From: a virus
Lineage: Duplodnaviria; Caudoviricetes
Strand: one strand, 5' to 3'
Length of the DNA stretch: 51,875 nucleotides
IMG/VR virus record: IMGVR_UViG_3300020109_000029
Location: 1 to 51,875 of that record
Position numbers and translations under genes: made by a program. Below, in pieces: positions 23,070-33,133 of this stretch. Below the pieces are notes generated by a model. The model was given only the letters and a program-made list of their open reading frames with translations, did no database searches and was not told the origin of the DNA. Position 1 is the stretch's first letter, and the number at the start of each line of letters is the position of its first letter.

Positions 23070-25271
23070 TCAGGAGTCGGTCAGGTAGAAGCCGCCGTCG
23101 CCACCGTCGCCGCCCCATCCGGGAGGCGGGGGAGGGGACGGGGTGTAGGTTCCGCCGTCGGAGGTGCGAGCCCAGCCGACGAAGACCCAGCGACCTGTCG
23201 TCATGTGCGTCGTCGACGGATAGAGTTCGACTTCGTAGCCATCGGCCGCGCGCCAGAAGACGCCGTATTGCGAGCCAGCCGTCAGACCGGTCACGGTGTC
23301 CGCCGGCAGGCTTTCGGTGGAGCCGTCCTCGAAGGTGGCGGTATGGGCGACCATGGTGATGGTCGTGTCCGTGGTGCCGCTGATCGGGATAGCCGAACGG
23401 CTGAGCGGGCGGCGGGCTCCGGGGCCGACGACGATTATGTCTCCAGCCGTTACCGGGCCGAGAACCAGGCGATCGCTGATCCGGTTACCCGTCCGATAGG
23501 AGACCGCGCCCTCATAGGAGGTGCCGCTCGTGACCGTCGAAACTTCCTTGCGGATGACGTTCGGGTCCTCGACGCCAGCCCCCGCCCATGGGCGCTCAGG
23601 GGTGTCCACCACCCGATATTCGAAGATCACCTGTTCCGCTCGGGCGTTCTGCACGTCACCAGAGAAGACCAGGGCCGGAATAGTGCCGAGCCCCTCGGTC
23701 AGGGCCTCGGAGGCCAGCGACCACTCTTCGGACGTTGGGGGACTGACGGTGTAGTCGACCGGCGTGAGTTCGGGGGCCTCGGGCGGCGTCGGGTCCAAAC
23801 CCAGCGCGAAGTCGTACTTGGCGTCGGTCTCGCTGACGAATGAGACCCTGACCACGCCCGTCGAAGGGTCATAGTCGGTGTTCAGGCAAAGGCATTTGAG
23901 CCCGTCGAGGACGAAGCCCGCCTCGGTGATCGTGAAGGCGTCGCCCGGTCGGATGCGCTGAAGGTGCGGCTTGAGCGGGATGACGCCAGCGATGCCCTCG
24001 CGGGTGTCGGCGATCTGAAGCGCCGCCAGCTGCCCCGCCTGCCGGGCGTTGGACACGAACGGATAGTCGATACCCCGTGTCCGCTTGCCCCCGTCGGCCG
24101 TCACATAGGCCGAGGCGGTGACCTCATCCATCGCCGTGAGCTGCCAGCGATGCGCGGGGCTCCAGAAGCGGGGGCGGAGGGTGTTGATGCGATCGATGCG
24201 GCTAGCCGCCGTGTCGATCTCCAGCGGCCCGGCAGTGTCCTTGGCCGAGATCGTGACGATGCTCGTCCGCGGGGCCGCACGCTGGATGCAGCTGATCTTG
24301 CCCGCGCGCTGGGAATAGACGCACCCGCCGGCCTGAAGGAACGCCTGCAGTACCTGGTGCTTGTCGTCGTCCGTGTTTGGGTAAGCGGCGACGGTCCACC
24401 CATTCGCGTCCGCAATGTTGGCCGCTGACACGAAGGCTGGAACGTCAATGCCGGAAAGCTTGGCGCCGATCCCGCCGACCTGGAAATCGACATGGGGCGC
24501 GCCCTTGCCGGTCGGACCCTCCCAAAGGCCGAGCGACCACTTCAGCGCCCAGATGATCGGATTGGTCGAATACACCCACGTGGCCGGATTATCGAGACGG
24601 CAGGAACCGGCGCCGCCAGGATAGGTGCCGTCCAGCCGAGGGTCCCAGACCTTCAGGCCCCGGAAGCGAACGATCGGCTTGACCTCGCCGGTCGGGAAGG
24701 CCGTGCCCTTGGAGTTCTCCCCCATGACCAGCATGTACGCGGCCTTGCCAGAGAGCTTGTGATTGGTCGTCCAGCCGGGGAGGGATGCCCCGTTCTTCAA
24801 CCCGGTGGGCGAGGTGATGGCGCTGGAGGGCTGAGCGCCGAGAGAATGCTTGAACCAGAGTTCGCCCGCGTACTGGCTTGAGGTCGCCTTGCCGGTGCTG
24901 TCCCACGTGACAGCTTCCTCGTCGGCCGTCAGCGAGACAATCCCATCGATAGGCCCGGCCCCCGACAGGACCGACACCACCCCGAGGTACATGAGGTCGG
25001 GACCGAAGGTGTCGCGGTGGATCACCGACCCGGCCACACCCACCTCGCCGGCCGCGAAGGCTATCGGGCCGTCGGGATCGATGACCCATTCGAACGTCCG
25101 CCCGGCCTGGCCCACCTGGGGTTGGAAGGCCGACATCACCGACGAGATCGCGAGATTGGTCAGGGCGTTGAAAGCGACGGTCTTCAGCGTCGTCATCAGC
25201 GTCGCCTTGGCGACAACGGCAGGGGCGGCGGCAGCAACGGCCGTCGCGGCGGCCGGGAGGGCGAACGGCAT
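23070..25271 (-). CDS. Tail tip / host-specificity (central tail) protein
   Basis: GLKVWDPR..S.NP motif; size and position. Confidence 0.85.
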   Translation of the reverse strand: MPFALPAAATAVAAAAPAVVAKATLMTTLKTVAFNALTNLAISSVMSAFQPQVGQAGRTFEWVIDPDGPIAFAAGEVGVAGSVIHRDTFGPDLMYLGVVSVLSGAGPIDGIVSLTADEEAVTWDSTGKATSSQYAGELWFKHSLGAQPSSAITSPTGLKNGASLPGWTTNHKLSGKAAYMLVMGENSKGTAFPTGEVKPIVRFRGLKVWDPRLDGTYPGGAGSCRLDNPATWVYSTNPIIWALKWSLGLWEGPTGKGAPHVDFQVGGIGAKLSGIDVPAFVSAANIADANGWTVAAYPNTDDDKHQVLQAFLQAGGCVYSQRAGKISCIQRAAPRTSIVTISAKDTAGPLEIDTAASRIDRINTLRPRFWSPAHRWQLTAMDEVTASAYVTADGGKRTRGIDYPFVSNARQAGQLAALQIADTREGIAGVIPLKPHLQRIRPGDAFTITEAGFVLDGLKCLCLNTDYDPSTGVVRVSFVSETDAKYDFALGLDPTPPEAPELTPVDYTVSPPTSEEWSLASEALTEGLGTIPALVFSGDVQNARAEQVIFEYRVVDTPERPWAGAGVEDPNVIRKEVSTVTSGTSYEGAVSYRTGNRISDRLVLGPVTAGDIIVVGPGARRPLSRSAIPISGTTDTTITMVAHTATFEDGSTESLPADTVTGLTAGSQYGVFWRAADGYEVELYPSTTHMTTGRWVFVGWARTSDGGTYTPSPPPPPGWGGDGGDGGFYLTDS

Positions 25272-25697
25272 TCAGACCCTCCAGGCGGCGACGAACTGGT
25301 GGGGGATCATCGGCTCGATCAGCCCAGACGCCGCGTTCAGGCCGAGCACTCGACCGTTATCCAAGGCCACCGCCAGCGAGCATCCGAAAGGCGAACCTTC
25401 TTCAGCGGGAAGGCCGACCAGATCCCCCGGCAGAGCAGCGGCCGGCGGTATGCGGTCCAAGCCCATACCGTCGACTAAGGATGGCAGGTCCGCGAAGCCC
25501 TGCTTTTGGATGTAGCGAAAAGCCGACGCCCACGTCCTGCCCTTCCAGCCGTTCAACAGCTTCGCCGACCGACCCATCTGGTGGAGGTCGTGCGAGCCGA
25601 GGTTTCGGCAATCCCGCACCCCCGGCTCGACCGGTTTGAAGGCAAAGCGGTCCATGCAGGCCTGCGTCGCCGCAGCCCGTCGGATCATCGGGTTCAT
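25272..25697 (-). CDS. Tail assembly protein, NlpC/P60-like
   Basis: G.RDC...PGDLV...AWRV; position. Confidence 0.75.
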   Translation of the reverse strand: MNPMIRRAAATQACMDRFAFKPVEPGVRDCRNLGSHDLHQMGRSAKLLNGWKGRTWASAFRYIQKQGFADLPSLVDGMGLDRIPPAAALPGDLVGLPAEEGSPFGCSLAVALDNGRVLGLNAASGLIEPMIPHQFVAAWRV

Positions 25698-25705
25698 GCG
25701 ATGCC

Positions 25706-26335
25706 TCAGGAAAGCGGGATTAGGGACTTCAGGATGCGCTTGAACACGCCGGGGTTCTCCGGCCGCGAACGCCATTCCTTTTTGCGAGTGACGCCGTCCA
25801 CGTACTGAAGACCAAGCTCTCCAGGCCAGATCAGCCGGTGAAAGGCGTTGTTCAGCCGCCAGTCCGCATTCGGCTCCAGCTGGCGCTCGGCCTGGGTGCC
25901 GCATTCCAGCGTCAACACCCATCGATCACCAACACTGAACCGGGCCTTGTCCAGTTCACCATCGAACTTGAGCTCTGGGTTGCCGATCAAATGGCCGGTC
26001 GCCCTATCTATCGCGCCTTCCCACCACTGGACCCGCACGCCCTGGATCGAGGGCGAGGCGAGGGCGGCGGCAGCCACGTCAGATGCCGGCAGGATAGCGA
26101 AATCGATCCGGGTCGTCTGAGCCTCGGCCCCGTCCCTGGCGTTTCCGATGCTATCGATGGTTCCGTAATCGGGATGGCGGCCGATGTAGGTTTCAGGACC
26201 CTCGCCTTCGCCCGCGTCGTAGACAACGAACCCCCCGTCGGTCAGGCACGCCGCGCCGCCCGGAAGATCAAGGCGCACGAGACTCGCCTTGGTGGGCGCC
26301 GGCTGTTGAAGGGCGGTGACGAGCGCGGCGTCCAT
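25706..26335 (-). CDS. Tail hub / minor tail protein
   Basis: Position; FDGELD..H..IWPGELG. Confidence 0.75.
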   Translation of the reverse strand: MDAALVTALQQPAPTKASLVRLDLPGGAACLTDGGFVVYDAGEGEGPETYIGRHPDYGTIDSIGNARDGAEAQTTRIDFAILPASDVAAAALASPSIQGVRVQWWEGAIDRATGHLIGNPELKFDGELDKARFSVGDRWVLTLECGTQAERQLEPNADWRLNNAFHRLIWPGELGLQYVDGVTRKKEWRSRPENPGVFKRILKSLIPLS

Positions 26336-26922
26336 TACTCGCGCTCCCGCACCGTGAACTTCAGCCCCACCAGACGATCAACCCCAACCGACCATTCATC
26401 GAGATCGCGAACGAAGCCCTCGATGACGGGCTGGGCAATCTCGACCACATCGTTGTCCGCAGGCGGGCGGCGCAGCATGCTTTCCAACGGGACGAGTGCC
26501 TCACCGTCCGCGTTCGCCACCACGGTCTCCGCGACGCAGTAGAGGAAGCGCTGGCCTTCGGTGATGACGGACAGAAACTGGCCCTGTCGGATGATGTAGT
26601 TCGGCGTGAGCCCGTCCACCGCGAGGAGCGAGCCGGCCTGGCCCGCGCCCTGCACCCGATTGGCGGAACCGGGCACGCCGATATCGAAACCCGGCTGAAA
26701 CACCTGCATGGCGACCAGCACGCCCTTCCTGCGAAGCGTACTCCAGGCCATCGCGGTCTCGTACCGCATCGGCGGCATCTGGAAGGTCAGGGCGTAGCGC
26801 GTGCCCTTCCTCAGCAGCTCCTGGTCGTCCCCTCCGAAGTCAGGGCTCAGGATGTTGTCGGTCGAGACGACGCCGATCGTCATCCGCGACGGGGCCGGCG
26901 TCAGCGGCAGGGCGACGCTCAT
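26335..26922 (-). CDS. Distal tail protein
   Basis: Directly after the tape measure gene. Confidence 0.75.
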   Translation of the reverse strand: MSVALPLTPAPSRMTIGVVSTDNILSPDFGGDDQELLRKGTRYALTFQMPPMRYETAMAWSTLRRKGVLVAMQVFQPGFDIGVPGSANRVQGAGQAGSLLAVDGLTPNYIIRQGQFLSVITEGQRFLYCVAETVVANADGEALVPLESMLRRPPADNDVVEIAQPVIEGFVRDLDEWSVGVDRLVGLKFTVRERE

Positions 26923-29177
26923 CGCAGGCTATAGCGATCTGCACGGGCCATATCGGCCGGGACGGTCTGACGGGCGCCCTGATAGGCGCCTTGGCTGTAG
27001 CTCTGGGCCATCGGAGCCGCCCTCCCATCGACGTAGGCGTTGAAGCGGTCGTCGTTGACGCCGACGGTGACCATGACGCGCTGGGCCGCGGCCGAAGCGA
27101 CGGACGCGAGACCCGACCCGAAGGAGGGGAGGGACAGCCCCCTGAACCCGCCCGAGAACATGTTCCCGAGCCCCGACAGCCCGGCGGAGAACAGCCCCCC
27201 GAAGCCGCCCCCACCCGCGCCCTGGCCGGACTGACCGAACAGAGCATTGGCGAGCGGCTCAGTGATGCCGCGCCGCACCGAGATCGACAGCAGATCGGCG
27301 AGGATCTGCTTGGCGACGTTGGAGAAGACCTCGCCGAGGGAGCGGGTGTTCATGATCGCGTCGACCAGGCCCTCATTCAGGCTGTCGAGGCCACGGGCGG
27401 CGATGCTCTCGTAAGCCTCGCGGACCTCCGCCGCCGACTTCAGTGAGGCGTCGCGCCACTGATCCAGCGGCCCCATATTACGACGATTGGCCGCCGCTGT
27501 TTCCAGCTGATTGATCCTGTCGTTTGTGGCCAGCGCCGCAGCGCGCTGTTCGGGTGTCAGGGACGGATTGCGATCGAGTTCAAGCTGAAGCGCCGCACGT
27601 CGCTGGCGTTGGGTTATCTCAAGCAGTTCGAGTTCGAGGCGCCGGCGCTCTTCTGCCGTGCGAGCTGCGCCTACCTGAAGGGACACCAAGTCCGCCGTGA
27701 GGCTCGAAAGTAGCCGCTCATTGGCTAGTCGTTCGTCTTGAATCTCGCGGAATGCGGTGTCTGCCAGCACCCGATCTTCAAGAGCGTCGGCTTCAGCGTG
27801 AGCCGCCTCAAGCGCTCGGCGCTCGGCATCGTTGATCTCGCCTCGCGTTGCTTTGCTCTCGATCTCTGCATCCCGTGCCTGACGATCCATATCCAACTGC
27901 TGCTGGGCGAGGTCGAACCGCTGTTGGGCTGTCAGTTGCTCTTGGTCGACTACATCGAGCAGCCTTTGCCGGGCGCGGAAGATTTCCTGCTCTACTCTCT
28001 CGGCACGCCTTGCCTCCCGTTCTGCCTCCCGATCAGCGCTGTTAACCGCTCGGCGGGACCGCGTCCGTTCTGGGGGCAGGATGAGCCGGCGCCCGCTGCC
28101 GTCTTCCACTCCCCGGTCTGCACCAGCTCCGCGCGCAATGCTTGCCCTCGCGCGCTCGGCGATCTCGGCATTGACAGCGTCCAGCTGTCGCTGCGTGTTA
28201 ATCGCCTGGTTTCGGACAGCAACGGCATCCGCCCCGCCGAATCCCGGCCGGTTCATCGCGGCGAGATTTGCGGTGAGTTGGCTCTGTAGCCGGGTGCTGG
28301 CTGCAGCGAGCCCGGCGTCGCTCTTCTGATCTGCACTCCGGATGCTGTCGGCTAGATTGCCAAAAGCTCGGGCCAGCTTCGACACCAGATCAAGCAGACC
28401 GAGAAGCACGGGCGCGAGGTCTACCAGGGCGCTCTTCAGTTGGATGTCGATGATCTGGGACAGGTCGTCGAACTGCTTCTGGGCCTGAGAGGCCCGACGA
28501 ATCAACTCGGCGTCCATGACGAAGCCGAGCGAGATTGCCTCATCTCTTAGCCGGGCTACCTCCTCACTTCCGACGGCCAGGGCGCCAGAGAAGGCATCCA
28601 GGCCGAGCCGATCGGCAATAGCAGCACGATCAGCGGCGCTTCCTAACTCGCCGATCCGGTCGATGACGTTCTCAAGGCCCTCCTCGACCGAGCCAAATCC
28701 GCGAAGGTCTTCGGGCTTGAAGCCGAGCGACCGAAATGAGGCCAATGACTCTTTGTCCAGTCCTGACGCCGCGCCGGCCAGCTTGCGGCCGAAACTATCG
28801 AGAGATCGGTCGGCGTCGGCTGCATCACGCCCGGTGGCCTTCGCTACAGCTCTGAACTCCTGCAGGGCGTCGGTCGATACGCCTACCCGCTTCGCAGCGT
28901 CCGAGATGTCGTCCGCCATGCGAAGTGCGGCGAAAGAGAATTCGAATGCGCTCTTTGCGGCGAGGGCGATGACCGCCGCTACGGCAAGAAAGCCGACCTT
29001 CAGTTGTGCTGCGATGCCGCCTAGACCGGTCCCAATGTTAGACCCTGCGTCATTGAGGTCGCGCTCCGCCCTACCGGCAGTCTGTTTGATGTCTCTTTCA
29101 GCGGCGTCGAGGTCGCGCTTTAGCTGATCGCGGGACGCACGCAGTTCGAACTCGGCCGAGCCGATTACGTCAGACAT
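26919..29177 (-). CDS. Tail tape measure protein
   Basis: Long helical Ala/Leu/Arg-rich ORF after the tail chaperones. Confidence 0.88.
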   Translation of the reverse strand: MSDVIGSAEFELRASRDQLKRDLDAAERDIKQTAGRAERDLNDAGSNIGTGLGGIAAQLKVGFLAVAAVIALAAKSAFEFSFAALRMADDISDAAKRVGVSTDALQEFRAVAKATGRDAADADRSLDSFGRKLAGAASGLDKESLASFRSLGFKPEDLRGFGSVEEGLENVIDRIGELGSAADRAAIADRLGLDAFSGALAVGSEEVARLRDEAISLGFVMDAELIRRASQAQKQFDDLSQIIDIQLKSALVDLAPVLLGLLDLVSKLARAFGNLADSIRSADQKSDAGLAAASTRLQSQLTANLAAMNRPGFGGADAVAVRNQAINTQRQLDAVNAEIAERARASIARGAGADRGVEDGSGRRLILPPERTRSRRAVNSADREAEREARRAERVEQEIFRARQRLLDVVDQEQLTAQQRFDLAQQQLDMDRQARDAEIESKATRGEINDAERRALEAAHAEADALEDRVLADTAFREIQDERLANERLLSSLTADLVSLQVGAARTAEERRRLELELLEITQRQRRAALQLELDRNPSLTPEQRAAALATNDRINQLETAAANRRNMGPLDQWRDASLKSAAEVREAYESIAARGLDSLNEGLVDAIMNTRSLGEVFSNVAKQILADLLSISVRRGITEPLANALFGQSGQGAGGGGFGGLFSAGLSGLGNMFSGGFRGLSLPSFGSGLASVASAAAQRVMVTVGVNDDRFNAYVDGRAAPMAQSYSQGAYQGARQTVPADMARADRYSLR

Positions 29178-29237
29178 CAACTGCTCTCCAGTCGGGCGGC
29201 GCGCAAACCAACGTGCGGCCTGCCCCAGGAGCCGCCG

Positions 29238-29723
29238 TTAAAGTTTCGGAGGAGCGCCTTCGCGCTTACTGTACGAGATGCCTAGGCTTCGAACGCCGAG
29301 GGCGTCGAAGAGACTGAGTTCAATCTTCCTGTCCGGCCAGCGCCACTCACAGCTTTGTCCGAACTGCCCAACCTCACATGCGAAGGGCTCGCCGTAGATT
29401 TCTCGTAGATCCGTTAGGGTCGGCTGGAACAGTCCCGACGCCGCACTTCGTTCAGCCTCATCGAGCCTGATGGTGACGCGCTGTAGGCCGTCGGCGGCGA
29501 AGTAAAAGCCAGCCGTCCATGAGCGGCCAGCAATTTCTAGCCCGGGCCGTACCACGTCTAGCGTCAGATTGTCTTCCTTCGCGCCGTCGGAAGCACTTGC
29601 TCCATCGACGGTCTCGACGACCTCTTCGGGCGTCATGCCCGCTCGAGCCCCCTGCCAAAGCTCCTGCGCCAACGCGGGAGCGGGAAAGACTAAAACGGCT
29701 AGGCCTAAGGCGATACGGAGCAT
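29238..29723 (-). CDS. Secreted/periplasmic moron protein
   Basis: Signal peptide ending ALA-Q; LWQGARAGMTPEEV. Confidence 0.75.
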   Translation of the reverse strand: MLRIALGLAVLVFPAPALAQELWQGARAGMTPEEVVETVDGASASDGAKEDNLTLDVVRPGLEIAGRSWTAGFYFAADGLQRVTIRLDEAERSAASGLFQPTLTDLREIYGEPFACEVGQFGQSCEWRWPDRKIELSLFDALGVRSLGISYSKREGAPPKL

Positions 29724-29756
29724 GCCGCGGACGCTACCCTCAAGAGCCAGCGCGGA

Positions 29757-30611
29757 TCAACCGGAAGGGTCGCCGCTATCGTCAGGCTCAGACCCTAACT
29801 CAACGTGCCCATGGTAGCCGGTGATCTTATAGACAGCTGCGCGGCCATTCAGCCGGTCCACAGTGACATCCACGTAGAAGCCGAGGCGGAACGATCGTCC
29901 CTCTTTCAGGGCAGTCTTAATGGCGCTCTTCGCCAACATAGACACCCAATGCACCGCAAGCGGACGGCGACTACCGGTGGCTTCGATTATCGCCTTCTCG
30001 CCTGACTTGTCAGCGTCAGACAGATTCGGTTGGAAGAACGTCATCAGCACGTTCTTCAGGTCGTCGCCTTCGCGCTGGCTTAGTTCAGCCTCGTGCTGCG
30101 CAATCTCTTCACGCGCGACCCGGGCTTGGGCGGTGTCGAATTTGAAAACGATCTCTTCCTTAAGAAGCCCCTTTGTCGATCGGGCCTCTAAGAGCAGAGA
30201 GCCATTCGAGTCGTTTGCGACTGCCTCGACGACATCTGCAAAATCTTTGAGGTCTTTCTTCGTCGCGGCCGGTGCCCGACCGCCTCGCTTGAAATACTGA
30301 CCGATGCCCACAACAAGAAGCTTGATAAAACCCTGCACGATCAGGGCCTCGTCCATGAGCTTGATCATGTCGGCAGCAGCCGGGAACAGTTCGCCCTCGA
30401 TGCAGCCGGGCCTTATCTCCTTGATGTAGAACTGTCCTTCGGACGCTTCCGAGGGGAAGTTCTGCTTGGCGTAGGCCTCATATTGCGAGGAGATAGCGCC
30501 CAAGAAGGACACGAAGTCCTTCAGCTCAACCGGATCGTGAAGGTCCAGCTTGAAATGAAGGTGGCCGTTCGCATCATCCATGGTGGCATCATTGCCAAAC
30601 TTGGTGATCAT
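29757..30611 (-). CDS. Moron protein of unknown function
   Basis: Lys/Phe/Ile-rich ORF, visibly less GC-rich; start uncertain (30611 or 30581). Confidence 0.75.
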   Translation of the reverse strand: MITKFGNDATMDDANGHLHFKLDLHDPVELKDFVSFLGAISSQYEAYAKQNFPSEASEGQFYIKEIRPGCIEGELFPAAADMIKLMDEALIVQGFIKLLVVGIGQYFKRGGRAPAATKKDLKDFADVVEAVANDSNGSLLLEARSTKGLLKEEIVFKFDTAQARVAREEIAQHEAELSQREGDDLKNVLMTFFQPNLSDADKSGEKAIIEATGSRRPLAVHWVSMLAKSAIKTALKEGRSFRLGFYVDVTVDRLNGRAAVYKITGYHGHVELGSEPDDSGDPSG

Positions 30612-30627
30612 TGACCATCCACTCACG

Positions 30628-30987
30628 CTACGACACATCGGGGAGCGGCAGATCGCTCGGAATGTCCTCGACCTCCAGCCCCCAGCCGGCCGCCATACGG
30701 GTAAGCTCGGCCTCTGCCATGGCTTCGGACAGTTCGGGATTGGGCTGGCTGTCCAGGAACTCGGCCACGTAGTGCTGCGGGCCGCGAAGTTCCTTCTCGC
30801 GTGCGAAACGCTCCGCGAACCAGCCGGTGAAGAGAGCCTGTTCGACCTGACGTCGGCCACGTTCCTGAAGGACGACGCTTAGACGATACGGCGTCAGTCG
30901 CCAGAAGTCGGCTTCGTCTACCCCCGCCCGCGTTGCCGCCCGAAGAGCGTGCTCCACCGGGTCCGCCGACGGCTCTGCGGAGGGTTT
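30628..30987 (-). CDS. Tail assembly chaperone -1 frameshift extension (gpGT-like)
   Basis: FWRLTPYRL motif; reached through A_AAC_CCU. Confidence 0.75.
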   Translation of the reverse strand, partial: KPSAEPSADPVEHALRAATRAGVDEADFWRLTPYRLSVVLQERGRRQVEQALFTGWFAERFAREKELRGPQHYVAEFLDSQPNPELSEAMAEAELTRMAAGWGLEVEDIPSDLPLPDVS

Positions 30988-31313
30988 TCGGCGCCGTCCT
31001 CGGCTGGCCTCCCTTGCGGGCCGTATTGGGCGATCTCCCACGCGGACCAGCAGGCCTTCATGGCGTGGCCGAGAGGGTAGGCGGCCGCCGGGGCAGCGTT
31101 CACCTCAGCCGCCGTGATCGCGCCGCCGCTTAAAACCTCGAGCAAGTCAGCGAGAGCGCTCGCCGAACCTGGCTTGCCCTTCTGGACGGCCCGGAAGCTG
31201 TCGAGCATCCATTGGTGCCCGCGGGCGTCGAGCGCCGCGTAGGTCAACTGGAGGGCAACAGACCGCCCGTCCGGCAGATCAAGCCGCACAATGCCGAAAC
31301 GGGCGTCATTCAT
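30918..31313 (-). CDS. Tail assembly chaperone (gpG-like)
   Basis: Between the tail tube and tape measure genes. Confidence 0.8.
   Translation of the reverse strand: MNDARFGIVRLDLPDGRSVALQLTYAALDARGHQWMLDSFRAVQKGKPGSASALADLLEVLSGGAITAAEVNAAPAAAYPLGHAMKACWSAWEIAQYGPQGRPAEDGAENPPQSRRRTRWSTLFGRQRGRG
30981..30987 (-). promoter_or_regulatory. -1 programmed frameshift heptamer A_AAC_CCU
   Basis: X_XXY_YYZ in the correct frame; E-N-P changes to K-P-S in the -1 ORF. Confidence 0.7.
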
Positions 31314-31732
31314 CAGGAGATCGTCGCCCGGACGGCGGCAGCCAGCGGAGTCAGGCTCAGGCCATAGGTGACCTTGCCAGCGACCGGAGCGCCGAGGGTG
31401 AGCGAGGGGACCGCGCTAAACACGGTGCCCTTGGTGCCCGCCTTGATGCGGAACTTCTTCGCCGTGTTGGCGGCCTCGGCGGTGAACAGGATTTCCTGCG
31501 TCGCGTTGCCGGGCTCGTAATGGAGATCGGCCGTGAAGGGGCTGTTGCCGCGGGGTCCGGGGATGGACTCGGTCGAGCCCGCCGGGGTGTCGAAGTCGGT
31601 GGCGTCGATGTCATTTGCCGGGCGACCTCCGCCCGCGACATTGGTCACGCCGGGGACGTTCACCCAAGTGGGCGTTTCTGTCTCGCTGGTGTCGATCTCC
31701 AGCTTCATGAAGCCTTGGACGAGGACGGCCAT
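31313..31732 (-). CDS. Major tail tube protein
   Basis: IDATDFD....ESIPG; position. Confidence 0.85.
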   Translation of the reverse strand: MAVLVQGFMKLEIDTSETETPTWVNVPGVTNVAGGGRPANDIDATDFDTPAGSTESIPGPRGNSPFTADLHYEPGNATQEILFTAEAANTAKKFRIKAGTKGTVFSAVPSLTLGAPVAGKVTYGLSLTPLAAAVRATIS

Positions 31733-31734
31733 GG

Positions 31735-31926
31735 TCAGTTCTCCTTCGAGGATTTGGCGGGCGCGTCCGCCTTAGTGCGTTCGGCGAGACCGGCGGCCTC
31801 AAGTCGGTTGGCGATCTCAGCCGACGGAGCGGTAAAGGGGGCGTTGGCCGCCACCCCGCCGCGAGGGTCGCCCTCGGTCCTCAGATCGGGGTCGCTGAAC
31901 CCCACCAAAGCAGTCATTCGGACCAT
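31735..31926 (-). CDS. Small hypothetical protein
   Basis: AGGAG RBS; ANRLEAAGLAE. Confidence 0.65.
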   Translation of the reverse strand: MVRMTALVGFSDPDLRTEGDPRGGVAANAPFTAPSAEIANRLEAAGLAERTKADAPAKSSKEN

Positions 31927-31927
31927 G

Positions 31928-32356
31928 TCAGGTCTCCTGGAGTTCGAGGCGGAGCGTGACGCGCCGGCCAATGAGCGAAGGGTCTGTCGTGGGGGCGCCG
32001 GTCGGGCCAGTAGCGGTAGAGGCGATGCACTTCCCGCCCGTGACGGTCAGGCTGTCCTGCTGGTTGTCGAAGGCGTCGCGAACGTCGCGGGCGAGGGCAT
32101 CAATATCGGCGGAGGAGCCGTCGTCTCGGCCATAAATGCGGATCGCCTGGCCGATGACCCTGACCCGCTCGGTGAAGGTGCTTCCATCCAGGTCGCTGTC
32201 GGGCGCCCCGATGACGATCGCCGCTTCGGAACCGAACACGAAGTCATCCGGGGCGCGGTCGTTGAAGATGGCCGGCTCGCCGTTCCTCACGTCCAGGGCA
32301 TCGGTGATGGCGGTTTGCGACTTCAGCCGGGCGAAGATGGTCGCGGTGCTGTTCAT
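31928..32356 (-). CDS. Tail terminator/completion protein
   Basis: Position; DUF3168-like pattern. Confidence 0.8.
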   Translation of the reverse strand: MNSTATIFARLKSQTAITDALDVRNGEPAIFNDRAPDDFVFGSEAAIVIGAPDSDLDGSTFTERVRVIGQAIRIYGRDDGSSADIDALARDVRDAFDNQQDSLTVTGGKCIASTATGPTGAPTTDPSLIGRRVTLRLELQET

Positions 32357-32751
32357 TCCCGCGCTCCGTCAACGAATGCCCGCTGGAGGTCGTCCCGATG
32401 GTCGGTGGCCAAAAGGCCGAGGAACGGGCGGGCGGCGATGCGTTCGGTCCCCCGCTCCAGAGCCGAGGCTTGAGCCGAGTTCGCGACGATCCGGCCGGTG
32501 ATATCTTCGCCGTCAGGCTTCAGATCAGGATCAGCGTTCGTGTTTGCCCGAAGCGAGCCGGTGTCGGGAGCAGGGGGCTCGCCAGGGGCCGAGGCCCGGT
32601 GCTTGCCGTACTGGCGGCCCGTGCCTGGCCGGTTGAGGATGTCGCCCTTCAGAAGCTCTTCGCCCTTGCCAAGCGCGCCCCTAAGGCCGGCCTCGGCTGC
32701 TTTCGTCGTCATCCTATCGAAGGCCTGGAGATCAACCCTGACCGTCGCCAT
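32353..32751 (-). CDS. HK97 gp10-like neck protein
   Basis: ASAPGEPPAPDTGSL; LERGTERIAARPFL. Confidence 0.85.
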   Translation of the reverse strand: MATVRVDLQAFDRMTTKAAEAGLRGALGKGEELLKGDILNRPGTGRQYGKHRASAPGEPPAPDTGSLRANTNADPDLKPDGEDITGRIVANSAQASALERGTERIAARPFLGLLATDHRDDLQRAFVDGARE

Positions 32752-33125
32752 CAGCGGACTTGCAGCTTGTATAGGGCGCTTGCCGGATCTCCGGACTTGG
32801 CGATGACCTGGAAGGTTCCCGGCTGACCGCCTTTGCTGGGGTCGGGAGCGGTGAGATCATGCCCGGCGGCCGGCACGACACCAGAAGGAAGGCTGGCGGC
32901 CAGGACGAGCGCCTGACGGTCGGTCGCTGGGATGCCAAGAGCTTGCCTCCGGTAGTCGGAGTAGTCGGTGATCAGAACCTTGCAGGGATGAGGAGTCGGC
33001 GTGCCTGCCGTGAAGCCGCCCTGGCCGTCACTGACACCCTCGCCGGGCATGAGCAGCACACCGTCCCGAAAGTCCCCACCGAAGTCTTTGAGCGCCTGTT
33101 CAGCGGCGCCGTCCAGCATGCTCAT
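32751..33125 (-). CDS. Head closure protein
   Basis: Position; DPASALYKLQVR. Confidence 0.75.
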   Translation of the reverse strand: MSMLDGAAEQALKDFGGDFRDGVLLMPGEGVSDGQGGFTAGTPTPHPCKVLITDYSDYRRQALGIPATDRQALVLAASLPSGVVPAAGHDLTAPDPSKGGQPGTFQVIAKSGDPASALYKLQVR

Positions 33126-33133
33126 CGGTCACC

